Of a stretch of 36,313 bases of DNA, positions 19,242 through 27,814 are shown piece by piece. A program made the position numbers and the translations under genes. The notes beneath the pieces are model-generated. The model saw only the letters and a program-made list of their open reading frames with translations. It did no database searches and was not told the origin of the DNA. Every line of letters starts with the position of its first letter. Within the stretch, counting starts at the first letter, position 1. Origin of the DNA: an uncultured Candidatus Rokubacteria bacterium (lineage in GTDB: Bacteria > Methylomirabilota > Methylomirabilia > Rokubacteriales > CSP1-6); contig CAWBMV010000027.1 in the NCBI GenBank assembly GCA_963789955.1, forward strand, positions 1 through 36,313. Reading direction: 5' to 3'.

Positions 19242-20306
19242 CTACTTGATCGAGTCGGGTGAGACCGCGCGACCGACGCGCGAGGCCTCGTAGATCGCCA
19301 GCGGCACCTGCAGAATGTGCTTCGCGGTCTTGATGTCCTGCGCCGGCTGCCGCCCGGCGAGGAGGCTGTCGATGAAATCCGCCGCGGCGCCGTCGAAGCC
19401 GAGGCGCCAGTCGGCCGGGACTTGATAGTTGACGGTCTCGGTGCCGCGGATCAAGACCACCGCGGGCATGTCGAGCATCTCGCCGGTGCCGCGCGTCACC
19501 CAGATGATCCCGCGGCTGCCGTGGATCTCGAAGAACTCGTCGGCGCGATAGTAGCGCGCGCGAATCGTCATCTCGGGCGCCGCGGTGTAGTCGATCACGC
19601 CCAGGCAGTTGCGCCCCTTGAAGCGCCAGATCGCCGCCGCGGGGGTCTCGGCGAGAAAATCCGCGCCGCGCGTCACGATCGCCGAGATGTCGCCGATCTC
19701 GCCGATCCACAGCACGGCCGTCGCGTACTTGTGCACGCCGTCGTCGTAGAGCGGCCCGCCCGGATTGCGGCCGGGATCGCGGCGCCACACCATCGCGTCG
19801 GGATCGAGCTCCATCACCTGCCCCGTGATCTGCACGGCGCGCGTCGTGTGGATGCGCACGAGCGAGGGCTCGCCGATGACGCCGCTGTCGAGCAGCTCCT
19901 TGGCCTTCAAGATCGGCGGGTAATAGAGGAAGTTCTCGGTCACGCGGAAGGTCGTCCGCGCCCGCGCCACCGCGGCGGCGATGCGATCGGCCTCGGCGAC
20001 GGAGATGGCCAGCGGCTTCTGGACCGAGACGTGCTTGTCCGCGCCGAGCGCCGCCACGATCTGGTCGGCGTGCATCCAGGTGGGCGTGAGGAGCTCGACC
20101 GCGTCGATCGAGGGATCGTCGAGGACCTGCTTGAAGTCCGAGTAGATCCTCGGCGAGATGCCCCACTCGCGCGCCCGGCGCGTCGCACGCTCCGGCATCG
20201 CGTCGCACAGCGCCACCACGTCGCACCGCGGGTGCTGCAGATACCCGGGCGCGTTGAGCTGAGAGATGTTGCCGCAGCCGACGATTGCGAGGCGAACTCT
20301 GTCCAT
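19242..20306 (-). CDS. Gfo/Idh/MocA family oxidoreductase
   Basis: AIVGCGNI, DAVELLTPTWMH, HVSVQKPL, DDGVH. Confidence 0.92.
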   Translation of the reverse strand: MDRVRLAIVGCGNISQLNAPGYLQHPRCDVVALCDAMPERATRRAREWGISPRIYSDFKQVLDDPSIDAVELLTPTWMHADQIVAALGADKHVSVQKPLAISVAEADRIAAAVARARTTFRVTENFLYYPPILKAKELLDSGVIGEPSLVRIHTTRAVQITGQVMELDPDAMVWRRDPGRNPGGPLYDDGVHKYATAVLWIGEIGDISAIVTRGADFLAETPAAAIWRFKGRNCLGVIDYTAAPEMTIRARYYRADEFFEIHGSRGIIWVTRGTGEMLDMPAVVLIRGTETVNYQVPADWRLGFDGAAADFIDSLLAGRQPAQDIKTAKHILQVPLAIYEASRVGRAVSPDSIK

Positions 20307-20321
20307 GGTGTCCTGGTCCCG

Positions 20322-21508
20322 TCAGAATTTGACCGGCAACGCCTTCAGTCCTCGGAGCGTGAGGCTCTGACGATACTCGACGGTGTCGCTGACGAACGCG
20401 AGCCTCGGCAGCCGCCGCACGAGCGTGTTGATCGCGATCTGGCCCTCCACACGCGCCAGTGGCGCCCCCAGGCAGAAGTGGATCCCCCAGCCGAAGGCGA
20501 TGTGCCGATTGTCGGCGCGCGCGAGGTCCAGGCGGTCGGGCTCGGGGAAGTGCGCGGGGTCGCGGTCCGCGGCGCCGATGAACGGCATCACCATCTCGCC
20601 CTTGCGGATCGTGTGCCCGCCGATCGTCGCATCGTCGCTCGCCACCCGCGCGGTGCGCTGGACGGGCCCGTCGTATCGCAAGAGCTCCTCGACGGCGGTC
20701 GTGATGAGCCCGGGGTCGCGCGCAGGCGGCGCAGCTCTTCGGGGTTGCGCAGAAGCGCCAGGACCCCGTTGCCGATCAGGTTCACCGTGGTCTCGTGGCC
20801 GGCGATGAGGATCAGGATGCACGTCGCCAGCAGCTCCTCTTCGTTGAGCTTGTCCCCGGCTTCCTCGGCGGCGATGAGCGCCGACAGGAGATCGCCGCGC
20901 GGCGAGGCGCGGCGCTGGGCGATGAGCTCGCGGAAGTAGTCGCTGATCGCGTGGCGGGAGGCGGCGCTGCGGCGCGGAATCTCCGAATCCGGCGGCAGCC
21001 AGATCGAGTCCAGGCCGCGGGCGATGTCGAGGCTCCATCCCTTGAATCGCTCGTGGTCTTGAACGGGCACGCCCATCATCTCGCAGATGACGTTCACCGG
21101 GATCGGGTACGCGAACTCCTCGATGAGATCCATCGAGCCGGCGGCTTCCGCGCGCGCGATCAGGCCGTCGACGATCTCCTGGATCCGCGGCCGAAGCCCC
21201 TCGACGACGCGGGGCGTGAACGCCTTGCTGACCAGGCTTCGGAGCCGCGTGTGATCCGGCGGATCGCGATCCAGCATCGAGAGCCCGACGCCGCGCGGCA
21301 CCTCGGCGCCGAAGCGCGCGGCGACGAGCGCGGCGAGCGGCTCCTTGATGAAGCGCGCATCGCGCAGCACGGCCGCCACGTCTTCGTACCGGGTGAGCAC
21401 CCAGAAGCCGAGCGGGCTGTAGTGGACGGGATCCTCGGCGCGCAGGCGGTGGTAGGTCGGGTACGGGTCCGCCAGGAACTCCGGATCCATCGGATTGAAG
21501 CTCTTCAT
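20322..21508 (-). CDS. Cytochrome P450 (frameshift near 20718)
   Basis: DPYPTY, DPPDHTRLR, I-helix LIAGHETT, EELLR (ExxR), heme motif FGWGIHFCLG. Confidence 0.95.
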
Positions 21509-21530
21509 GTCTCGGCTCCCGCTCCCTCGC

Positions 21531-22010
21531 TCACTTCGGCGGCGCCGCTGGTGCCGGCGGCGTTGCGGGCGCCGGCGGCGCGGCGGGCGCGGGCTGCGTC
21601 GGGACGACGACACCCGGTGCCAGCTGAATTTCTTCCACGAGCGTGACCCGCGTGACGTAGTAGCGTGTCTCGCCGAAACAGCTCGTCGGCAGCCCGACGC
21701 GCTGCTCGTAGTGGAGGCTCACGCGACGGCCCATCACCTTGTTGATCTCCTTCACGGTGCTCTTGTCCCACACCGTAAAGGGAAACTTCTCGGTCGACGC
21801 GCCGGGCATCGACACGATCGCCATTTCGCCTTCCCAGGTCTTGCAGAGCCAGCCCTTGCGAGAGAGTTTCTGCACCCAGCCCGCTCGTTCGCCGGACGCG
21901 TAGCTCCACTTGAGCGCCGACCAGAAGTAGCCGGCGACCAGCGCCGCGATCACCAGCAAGCCGATCAGCACGCGGAGCTTGCCGATCCCACGTTGATCGA
22001 ACGCCGTCAT
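21531..22010 (-). CDS. Conserved membrane-anchored hypothetical protein
   Basis: One TM helix, then YASGERAGWVQKLSRKGWLCKTWEGE and a Pro/Ala-rich tail. GGAGG-type RBS. Confidence 0.75.
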   Translation of the reverse strand: MTAFDQRGIGKLRVLIGLLVIAALVAGYFWSALKWSYASGERAGWVQKLSRKGWLCKTWEGEMAIVSMPGASTEKFPFTVWDKSTVKEINKVMGRRVSLHYEQRVGLPTSCFGETRYYVTRVTLVEEIQLAPGVVVPTQPAPAAPPAPATPPAPAAPPK

Positions 22011-22098
22011 CTGGCACTCCTCCTGTCGTCAGGCAAGGTTGGCCCGCGATTGTCTCTCATCACGCGCGATGGCGCGAGTGCTTCTGAAACGCGCCCGC

Positions 22099-22551
22099 TC
22101 AGGGTGTCGCGCGCTCGAACGCCAGCTCCCCGGATGGGCCGCTCAGGACGAGACGCGAGCCGGCAACCCGATACTGCGTCACCGGTGAGAGGATCGCAAA
22201 ATAACGACCCTCGACTTCCATGGCCGGCGGCGGGCACGCCATCTTGGTCGCCGCGACCGGTCCGATGGTGATAGCTCCGGGCCCCGTGTCCTGGACCTGC
22301 CCGGTGTAGCGGTTACAGCCGCCGAACCCGGCCAATCGAGCTCCGTCGAAGATGGCCGTCGGCGGCCGCGTGCCTTGAGGAAGTGGCTGCCCGCCGAGGC
22401 TCACCAGGGTCCACGTGACGCCGGCGAGCGTCGAGAGCGAGGGAGTCGCGGGCGTGCCGGATGTCGGCGCGCCCTCGCGGGGTCCGCAGCCGGCGCTCGC
22501 GAGGAGGACGCACGTCGCGACCGCGAAGCCGGCGCGCCTAGAAGCGGACAT
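22099..22551 (-). CDS. META-domain (HslJ-like) lipoprotein
   Basis: Lipobox-like ASAGC, LAGVTWTLVSL, GFGGCNRYTG, ATKMACPPPAMEVE. Confidence 0.85.
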   Translation of the reverse strand: MSASRRAGFAVATCVLLASAGCGPREGAPTSGTPATPSLSTLAGVTWTLVSLGGQPLPQGTRPPTAIFDGARLAGFGGCNRYTGQVQDTGPGAITIGPVAATKMACPPPAMEVEGRYFAILSPVTQYRVAGSRLVLSGPSGELAFERATP

Positions 22552-23956
22552 AGAGGCGGAGACCGCCGACGACACCCGTGTCAACGTCGCTGAGACCGGC
22601 GCTGGACGCGTTGAGCCTCTTCTTGATCGCCGGATTGATGATCTGCAGATCGAGCGACGCGTTGAGCCAAGGCGTGAGCACGGCGTTGTAGTAGAGCTCG
22701 ACGGCGTCGTCGTGGTCGAGACCGAGGTGCAGCTGCGTGCGCAGGAACGGTGCGAAGTTCGAGGTGAGCTCGGCCCGCGACCAGCCGACGCCGAAGTTGT
22801 CGTGAGGCCGCCCGGGCACGATGCCGTTGCCGCCGATTCCTACGCTGTAGGAGTACTTGACGGGATTCACGATGCCGTCGGAGGCGCCGAACGAGAAGAA
22901 GATTCCGAGCCCGCGCTTGGGGTCGCCGCTAGGCTGCCAGAGATATTGGTCGAAACCGTAGTACATGGCCCAGGTGCTGTTCTCCTCCCTCGGAGGCTGC
23001 ACGGGCACGAGCAACTGGGGGAAGAACCGCTCGAGGAATCGCTGCAGGCGCGGGCCCGGATCCCCCAGCAGCGGAAACTGGTTGGTCAGCAGCATCCGGG
23101 AGATGTTGGAGGGGTCCTGGCTCAGCGCGAGCCGAGTCTTGTCGCTCCACATCCCTCCGAGCTGCTGATGACCGACGAGCCCAAACGGCTTGATGGTCAC
23201 CTTGCCACCGGCGACGACTGTGAAGCCATCGTTGAACGCGGCGGTAATGTCATTGTCGGTCGGCGTTCCGCTCGGGTCGAGCAGCAGCGCCGACAGGAGG
23301 ACGTTCTCCCACGGTATAGCGATGATTCCGCCTCCGTACGCCGATAGCGGAACGAGGGCCATGGACATGGGGAAGGTCAACCCGGTGTTCATGAACTGGG
23401 TACGATAGTTCCCCGCGAACTCGCCCTGAAAGCCATCGAGCGTATACACCTTGCCCACCAGGAATCCGAGCTTGGTGCTGACGAACTGCAAGAAGGTCGC
23501 GTTCGTGAGCGCGGTGGTCTGGTCGTCAGGAGCCGGGATGAGGGCCGCCGTGTTGACCGGCACAATCGCGCCCGATTGCCTGAACACGTTCTCGCCGAAG
23601 CCGCTGTTCGCGGACAGCTTCAGGAAGCCGCCCGGCCAGAGTCCGAGCTTGCCGGTGTCGACGTTGAGCGTGTACTCGGCGTTACCCCAGAACTCCGAGC
23701 CGGTTTCGGGGCCACCGGTCATGACGCTCTGAGGCGTCAGCAGCAGGTCGACGTCGAACACGACGCCCTTCTTGCCGAGCTCGTCGCGCAGGCCGAACCA
23801 GCTTCCGGTGAGCCGGGGCCTGGACCAGAAGTCGCCGCCCCACGTGGGAGGCACGTCGATCGGCTGGGCGCTCACCGGGACAACGGAGAACAGCAAGAGC
23901 AGGCCGAGCAGGGTCATCGCAGCGTACCGCGCAATCCCGAGCCAAAGTACGCTCAT
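22538..23956 (-). CDS. oprB: Carbohydrate-selective porin, OprB family
   Basis: Signal peptide, RPRLTGSWFGLRDELGKKG, GIVPGRPHDNFGVG, ELYYNAVLTPWL, C-terminal Phe (LRLYVRF). Confidence 0.85.
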   Translation of the reverse strand: MSVLWLGIARYAAMTLLGLLLLFSVVPVSAQPIDVPPTWGGDFWSRPRLTGSWFGLRDELGKKGVVFDVDLLLTPQSVMTGGPETGSEFWGNAEYTLNVDTGKLGLWPGGFLKLSANSGFGENVFRQSGAIVPVNTAALIPAPDDQTTALTNATFLQFVSTKLGFLVGKVYTLDGFQGEFAGNYRTQFMNTGLTFPMSMALVPLSAYGGGIIAIPWENVLLSALLLDPSGTPTDNDITAAFNDGFTVVAGGKVTIKPFGLVGHQQLGGMWSDKTRLALSQDPSNISRMLLTNQFPLLGDPGPRLQRFLERFFPQLLVPVQPPREENSTWAMYYGFDQYLWQPSGDPKRGLGIFFSFGASDGIVNPVKYSYSVGIGGNGIVPGRPHDNFGVGWSRAELTSNFAPFLRTQLHLGLDHDDAVELYYNAVLTPWLNASLDLQIINPAIKKRLNASSAGLSDVDTGVVGGLRLYVRF

Positions 23957-24031
23957 CGAGTGACCTCCAAAGCTGTAGTGCTTGGGCCCTCGACGACCCG
24001 GCCCTCACCATTGAGGTGATGCCGAAAAGAT

Positions 24032-24781
24032 TCAATCGGACCTTAGTCCCAGATAGCGATCCAGAATTCGAGCAAATTCGCCGGGTACCGCGACGCCGCC
24101 CATCAGCTCGCTCGTCTCGCGAAAGTAGACCCGGCCGAGCGTGGTGCCGTCGGCGAGCCAGAGCGTGACCAGGTAACGCGGCTCGGCGACCGCGTGCACC
24201 TTTGGCGCCCGCACGGCACCCAGGGCGATCATCTCGACGAGCGCGGTGACGTCCTGCGGCGCCGTGATCGCCGCCGGCTTCGTGGCCGCCGCCTGCGGCG
24301 GCTCGCCGCGCTGCACGTCGATGGCGCGCACCTTGCCCACGATGTCGTAGAGGTCGGCGCCGACTTTCGCGCGCGGATTGCGCCAGGCTTGATAGAGAAA
24401 GATGCGGTCCTTCCAGATCGCGGCGAGGCGGAAGTTGGTCGGATACCCCCGGACCGCGTACACGCGCGTGCCCGACGGCAAGAACGCCGCGGCCGCGTCG
24501 ACGCCGTACGAACAGCTCCGCGTGTCTTCGCCGAACGAGCATTCCACGACGGCGAATTCGGGCCCGAGGTCGGCGCGCGTGAGCGGGCGCCCCGGCTCCT
24601 CGGTCGTCCAGCGGATGTAGTCGATACCGTCGAACGTGATGTAGTCGAGCAAGGTCGTGGCGCCGGCGCGATCGAGCGAGAGCACGAGGCCGAGGGTCAG
24701 CAGCGCGAGCACGGCGCGCCTGACGAGTCGCTTGGGACGGATCAACCCGGCCACGGCGTGGACACCGTAGTCCCCCGTCAA
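24032..24781 (-). CDS. Hypothetical exported protein (start uncertain)
   Basis: Open 249-codon frame with a signal-like segment RRAVLALLTLGLVLSLDRAGA. No recognisable family. Confidence 0.6.
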   Translation of the reverse strand: MTGDYGVHAVAGLIRPKRLVRRAVLALLTLGLVLSLDRAGATTLLDYITFDGIDYIRWTTEEPGRPLTRADLGPEFAVVECSFGEDTRSCSYGVDAAAAFLPSGTRVYAVRGYPTNFRLAAIWKDRIFLYQAWRNPRAKVGADLYDIVGKVRAIDVQRGEPPQAAATKPAAITAPQDVTALVEMIALGAVRAPKVHAVAEPRYLVTLWLADGTTLGRVYFRETSELMGGVAVPGEFARILDRYLGLRSD

Positions 24782-24788
24782 CGGCCGG

Positions 24789-25631
24789 TCAAGCGGCCGG
24801 CGCCGGAACCGTGTCCTCCGGACGGTGTGGCCGACTGAGTCGAGCCACCAGCACGACGTAGGCGATGTCGATGCTGTACGCGAGGGCGACGGTCACGACG
24901 AGCCCCAGCCGTTCGAGGCAGAGGAACGCGACCACGTTGAACAGACACACGCCGAACACCCCGGACGGGAACCGCTTGATGAACGGCTTGATCACGTCGC
25001 TTCCGTAGTGCCAGTGCAGGATGACGATCACCGGCAGGGTGTTGACCGGAAACGCGACGATCAGCCCCGACCACTTCGGCCCGAGCAGATGGGCCAGCGA
25101 GGTCACCGTCACCACCGCCAGCGCCGAGGCCGCCGCGCGCGCGGCGAGCAGCCAGGCCGAGGTCGGAACCCGCCGAAGCGCGGCCGTCTCGGGCAGCCCG
25201 CGGACTAACCAGCTCGTGACGCCGCACACCGCCGCGGCCAGCGGAACGACGGTGGCGTGGGTCAGCGGGATGCTCGCGTAGAGGCTCGCGGCCAGGACGA
25301 AGCTCGCGGCGCCCAGCAGCACACCCGCCGCGATCGACGCCGACCGCGGCGCGGCCACGAGCTTCGTGGCCACGAGATACGCGAGCAGGACCGGAATCGT
25401 CGAGCACATGCCCGAGATGTTCCAGAACGAGCTCTGCGCGGCGAAGGCGGGCCCCTGCTCGATGGCGAAGAAGATCAGCGAGACCACCGCCATTTGCGGC
25501 GTGGCGGCGAAGAGCCCGCCGAGGCGCGGGCCGAGGCGCTCGGCGGCGGCGGTCCCGAGGAGCACGAAGCCGGCGGACACGACGATCTTCGCGATCAGGA
25601 GGGCGAGCGGAGCGGAACCGAGCGACGGCAC
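24789..25631 (-). CDS. Multi-pass membrane protein (two internal repeats, DUF3147-like)
   Basis: AERLGPRLGGLFAATP and AHLLGPKWSGLIVAFP repeats. About 9 TM segments. Confidence 0.7.
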   Translation of the reverse strand: MPSLGSAPLALLIAKIVVSAGFVLLGTAAAERLGPRLGGLFAATPQMAVVSLIFFAIEQGPAFAAQSSFWNISGMCSTIPVLLAYLVATKLVAAPRSASIAAGVLLGAASFVLAASLYASIPLTHATVVPLAAAVCGVTSWLVRGLPETAALRRVPTSAWLLAARAAASALAVVTVTSLAHLLGPKWSGLIVAFPVNTLPVIVILHWHYGSDVIKPFIKRFPSGVFGVCLFNVVAFLCLERLGLVVTVALAYSIDIAYVVLVARLSRPHRPEDTVPAPAA

Positions 25632-25701
25632 CCCGCCTACGATACAACGATTCGCCGGCGTGCTTGACCTGACGCTCACGACCCTGCGATCCTTGTCGGC
25701 C

Positions 25702-26115
25702 ATGAGCGACCGCAAGTACCGCCAGCAGGGTTATCGAGGCCCGAACCCGGAGCCGCGCAGACCGTCACCCCCTCCGCGGCCAGCCGCCGACGCGCCGCGA
25801 GGCGGCGGCATGCTCGCCCGGCAAACCGTATCGAGATGCGCGGCGTGTGGGGCGGTCCTGCCGATCGCGACGTCGTCGCTCGAGCAGTGCCCGAATTGCC
25901 GCGCCGCCATTCATGCCTGCCGCCAGTGCACCCACTTCGAGCCGAGCCGGCGCTTCGAGTGCACGGAGCCCATCACCGAGAAGATCACCGACAAGAACGG
26001 CCGCAACCAGTGCGCCGCGTTCTCGCTGCGCGTCACGGTCGAGCGCGACGCCTCGCCCGACTCGACGCGCCCGAGCGACATCCGGCGCGGCTTCGACAAC
26101 CTCTTCAAGAAGTAG
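25702..26115 (+). CDS. Cys-rich (zinc-ribbon-like) conserved hypothetical protein
   Basis: MSDRKYRQQGY start, CAAC, CPNC, CRQC plus two further Cys, ends FDNLFKK. Confidence 0.75.
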   Translation: MSDRKYRQQGYRGPNPEPRRPSPPPRPAADAPRGGGMLARQTVSRCAACGAVLPIATSSLEQCPNCRAAIHACRQCTHFEPSRRFECTEPITEKITDKNGRNQCAAFSLRVTVERDASPDSTRPSDIRRGFDNLFKK

Positions 26116-26122
26116 CCCGGCG

Positions 26123-26719
26123 GTGACCGCGCTCCTCCTCGCCGCGTTGCTCGTCATGACGGCGGCAGTGGACGGGCACGCCCAGGCGCCGACTCACCGC
26201 TCACTGGCCGGCCGCCTGCTCGTGGCGACCGACAGCCTCCGCGATCCGCGCTTCTCCCGCACGGTCATCTACGTCGTGCGGCACCGGGCGGATGGTGCGT
26301 TCGGGCTGGTGGTCAACCTGCCGCTCGGCGAGATTCCGATCGAGCGCGCGCTCCGGCCATTCGGCCTCGAGGTGCCGCCGGGCAGCGGCGCCGTTCGCGT
26401 TCACTACGGAGGCCCCGTCGACGAGCGCCGCGGCTTCGTCCTGCACACGCCGGACTGGACGGGCGAGGGCACGACCCTGCTCGACGATCACTTCGCGATC
26501 ACCGAGGATCCGCGAATCCTCCAGGCGATCGCCGCCGGCTCCGGTCCGCGCCGGGCGATGTTCTGTCTGGGCTATGCCGGCTGGGGCCCCGGTCAGCTCG
26601 ACGCCGAGATGACGACCGGCGCGTGGAGCGTCGCCCCCGCCGACGAGCGGCTCGTGTTCGACGAAGACCCGCAGCAGAAATGGATCGAGGCCACGACCCG
26701 CCGGCTCCTCGACCTCTAG
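26123..26719 (+). CDS. yqgE: YqgE/AlgH (DUF179) family protein with an N-terminal signal-like peptide
   Basis: LAGRLLVA, DPRFSRTVIY, GLVVN, YGGPV, GFVLH, LGYAGWGPGQLDAE. Confidence 0.9.
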   Translation: MTALLLAALLVMTAAVDGHAQAPTHRSLAGRLLVATDSLRDPRFSRTVIYVVRHRADGAFGLVVNLPLGEIPIERALRPFGLEVPPGSGAVRVHYGGPVDERRGFVLHTPDWTGEGTTLLDDHFAITEDPRILQAIAAGSGPRRAMFCLGYAGWGPGQLDAEMTTGAWSVAPADERLVFDEDPQQKWIEATTRRLLDL

Positions 26720-26744
26720 CGACTGCACCAAGGAGAACGCGTTC

Positions 26745-27743
26745 ATGAAGACCATCGACATCCACGCTCACCTCGTACCGAGATCTCTGTGGCACGCCGT
26801 GGATGCCGGCCGCGAGTGGCACGGCTTTCGTCACGAGCCCGGCGACGGGCTCGGCACCATGCTGGGCGGCGGGCGGCGCACCGCCTTCAACTCACCCAAG
26901 GTGCGCTTCACGCCGGAGGAGCGGCTGAAGGACATGGACGCGCAGGGTGTGGACATGCAGGTCGTGTCCATCCACACGCCGTTCTTCGGCTATCACCTCG
27001 ACCCGGCTCAGGGCCGGGCCCTGGCGCGCGAGGTGAACGACGAGATCGCCGGGATGGTCCGCCAGTGGCCGCAGCGCTTCGCGGGGCTCGCGACCCTGCC
27101 CGTCCAGGACGTGAAGGCCGCGATCGACGAGCTGGAGCGCGCCGTGACCGTGCTCGGCCTGAAGGGCGCCGAGCTCGACACGGTCGTCAACGGCGAGAAC
27201 TGGGACGACGCGAAGTTCCGGCCGCTGTTCAAGGCGGCGGAGGCGCTGGGCGCCGTCCTCTTCTTCCATCCGCAGCCGCAGCACAATTTCCTGATGCAGC
27301 GCACGACCAAGTACGGGCTCTTCAACAGCCTGGGCGTCATCGTCGAGGACGCGATCGTCATCGCGGTGCTGATCTTCGGCGGCGTCCTGGACGCCTGCCC
27401 GGATCTCAAGGTGTGTGTCGCCCACGGCGGTGGCCCGGCCTGTTTCGCGATGGGGCGCCTCGACCGCGGGTGGCAGGGCACCGCTGAAGCCCTGCGCGTC
27501 ATCAAGCAGGCCCCGAGCACCTACCAGCGACGCCTGTACTACGACACGGTGGTCGGCAATGAGAAGGTACTGCGCTTTCTGCTCGACGAGGTCGGTGTTG
27601 ACCGGGTGGTGCTCGGCAGCGATTGGCCTTTCGTGCCGTGGCACCCCTCGCCGGTCACGTGGCTGCAGAATCTGAAGACCGTGACCTCGGGCGAGAAGGA
27701 AAAGATCCTCTGGCGAAATCTGGAGTCGCTCCTGAAGCTCTAG
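26745..27743 (+). CDS. Amidohydrolase family protein (ACMSD-like decarboxylase/hydrolase)
   Basis: IDIHAH, FAGLATLP, FFHP, AHGGG, LYYDT, LGSDWPF. AAGGAG RBS. Confidence 0.92.
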   Translation: MKTIDIHAHLVPRSLWHAVDAGREWHGFRHEPGDGLGTMLGGGRRTAFNSPKVRFTPEERLKDMDAQGVDMQVVSIHTPFFGYHLDPAQGRALAREVNDEIAGMVRQWPQRFAGLATLPVQDVKAAIDELERAVTVLGLKGAELDTVVNGENWDDAKFRPLFKAAEALGAVLFFHPQPQHNFLMQRTTKYGLFNSLGVIVEDAIVIAVLIFGGVLDACPDLKVCVAHGGGPACFAMGRLDRGWQGTAEALRVIKQAPSTYQRRLYYDTVVGNEKVLRFLLDEVGVDRVVLGSDWPFVPWHPSPVTWLQNLKTVTSGEKEKILWRNLESLLKL

Positions 27744-27814
27744 CGCGGCGTCCGCGCGACCGCTCGACCCTACGTAGCGCGAACGGATCTGCGCACCTCG
27801 CCGTCGACGCGGGA

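Noticed and set aside
21531..22010. '6-phosphogluconate dehydrogenase' label that, from recollection, is often attached to this family
   Set aside because: The protein is too short and has no Rossmann motif, so it is kept as hypothetical.
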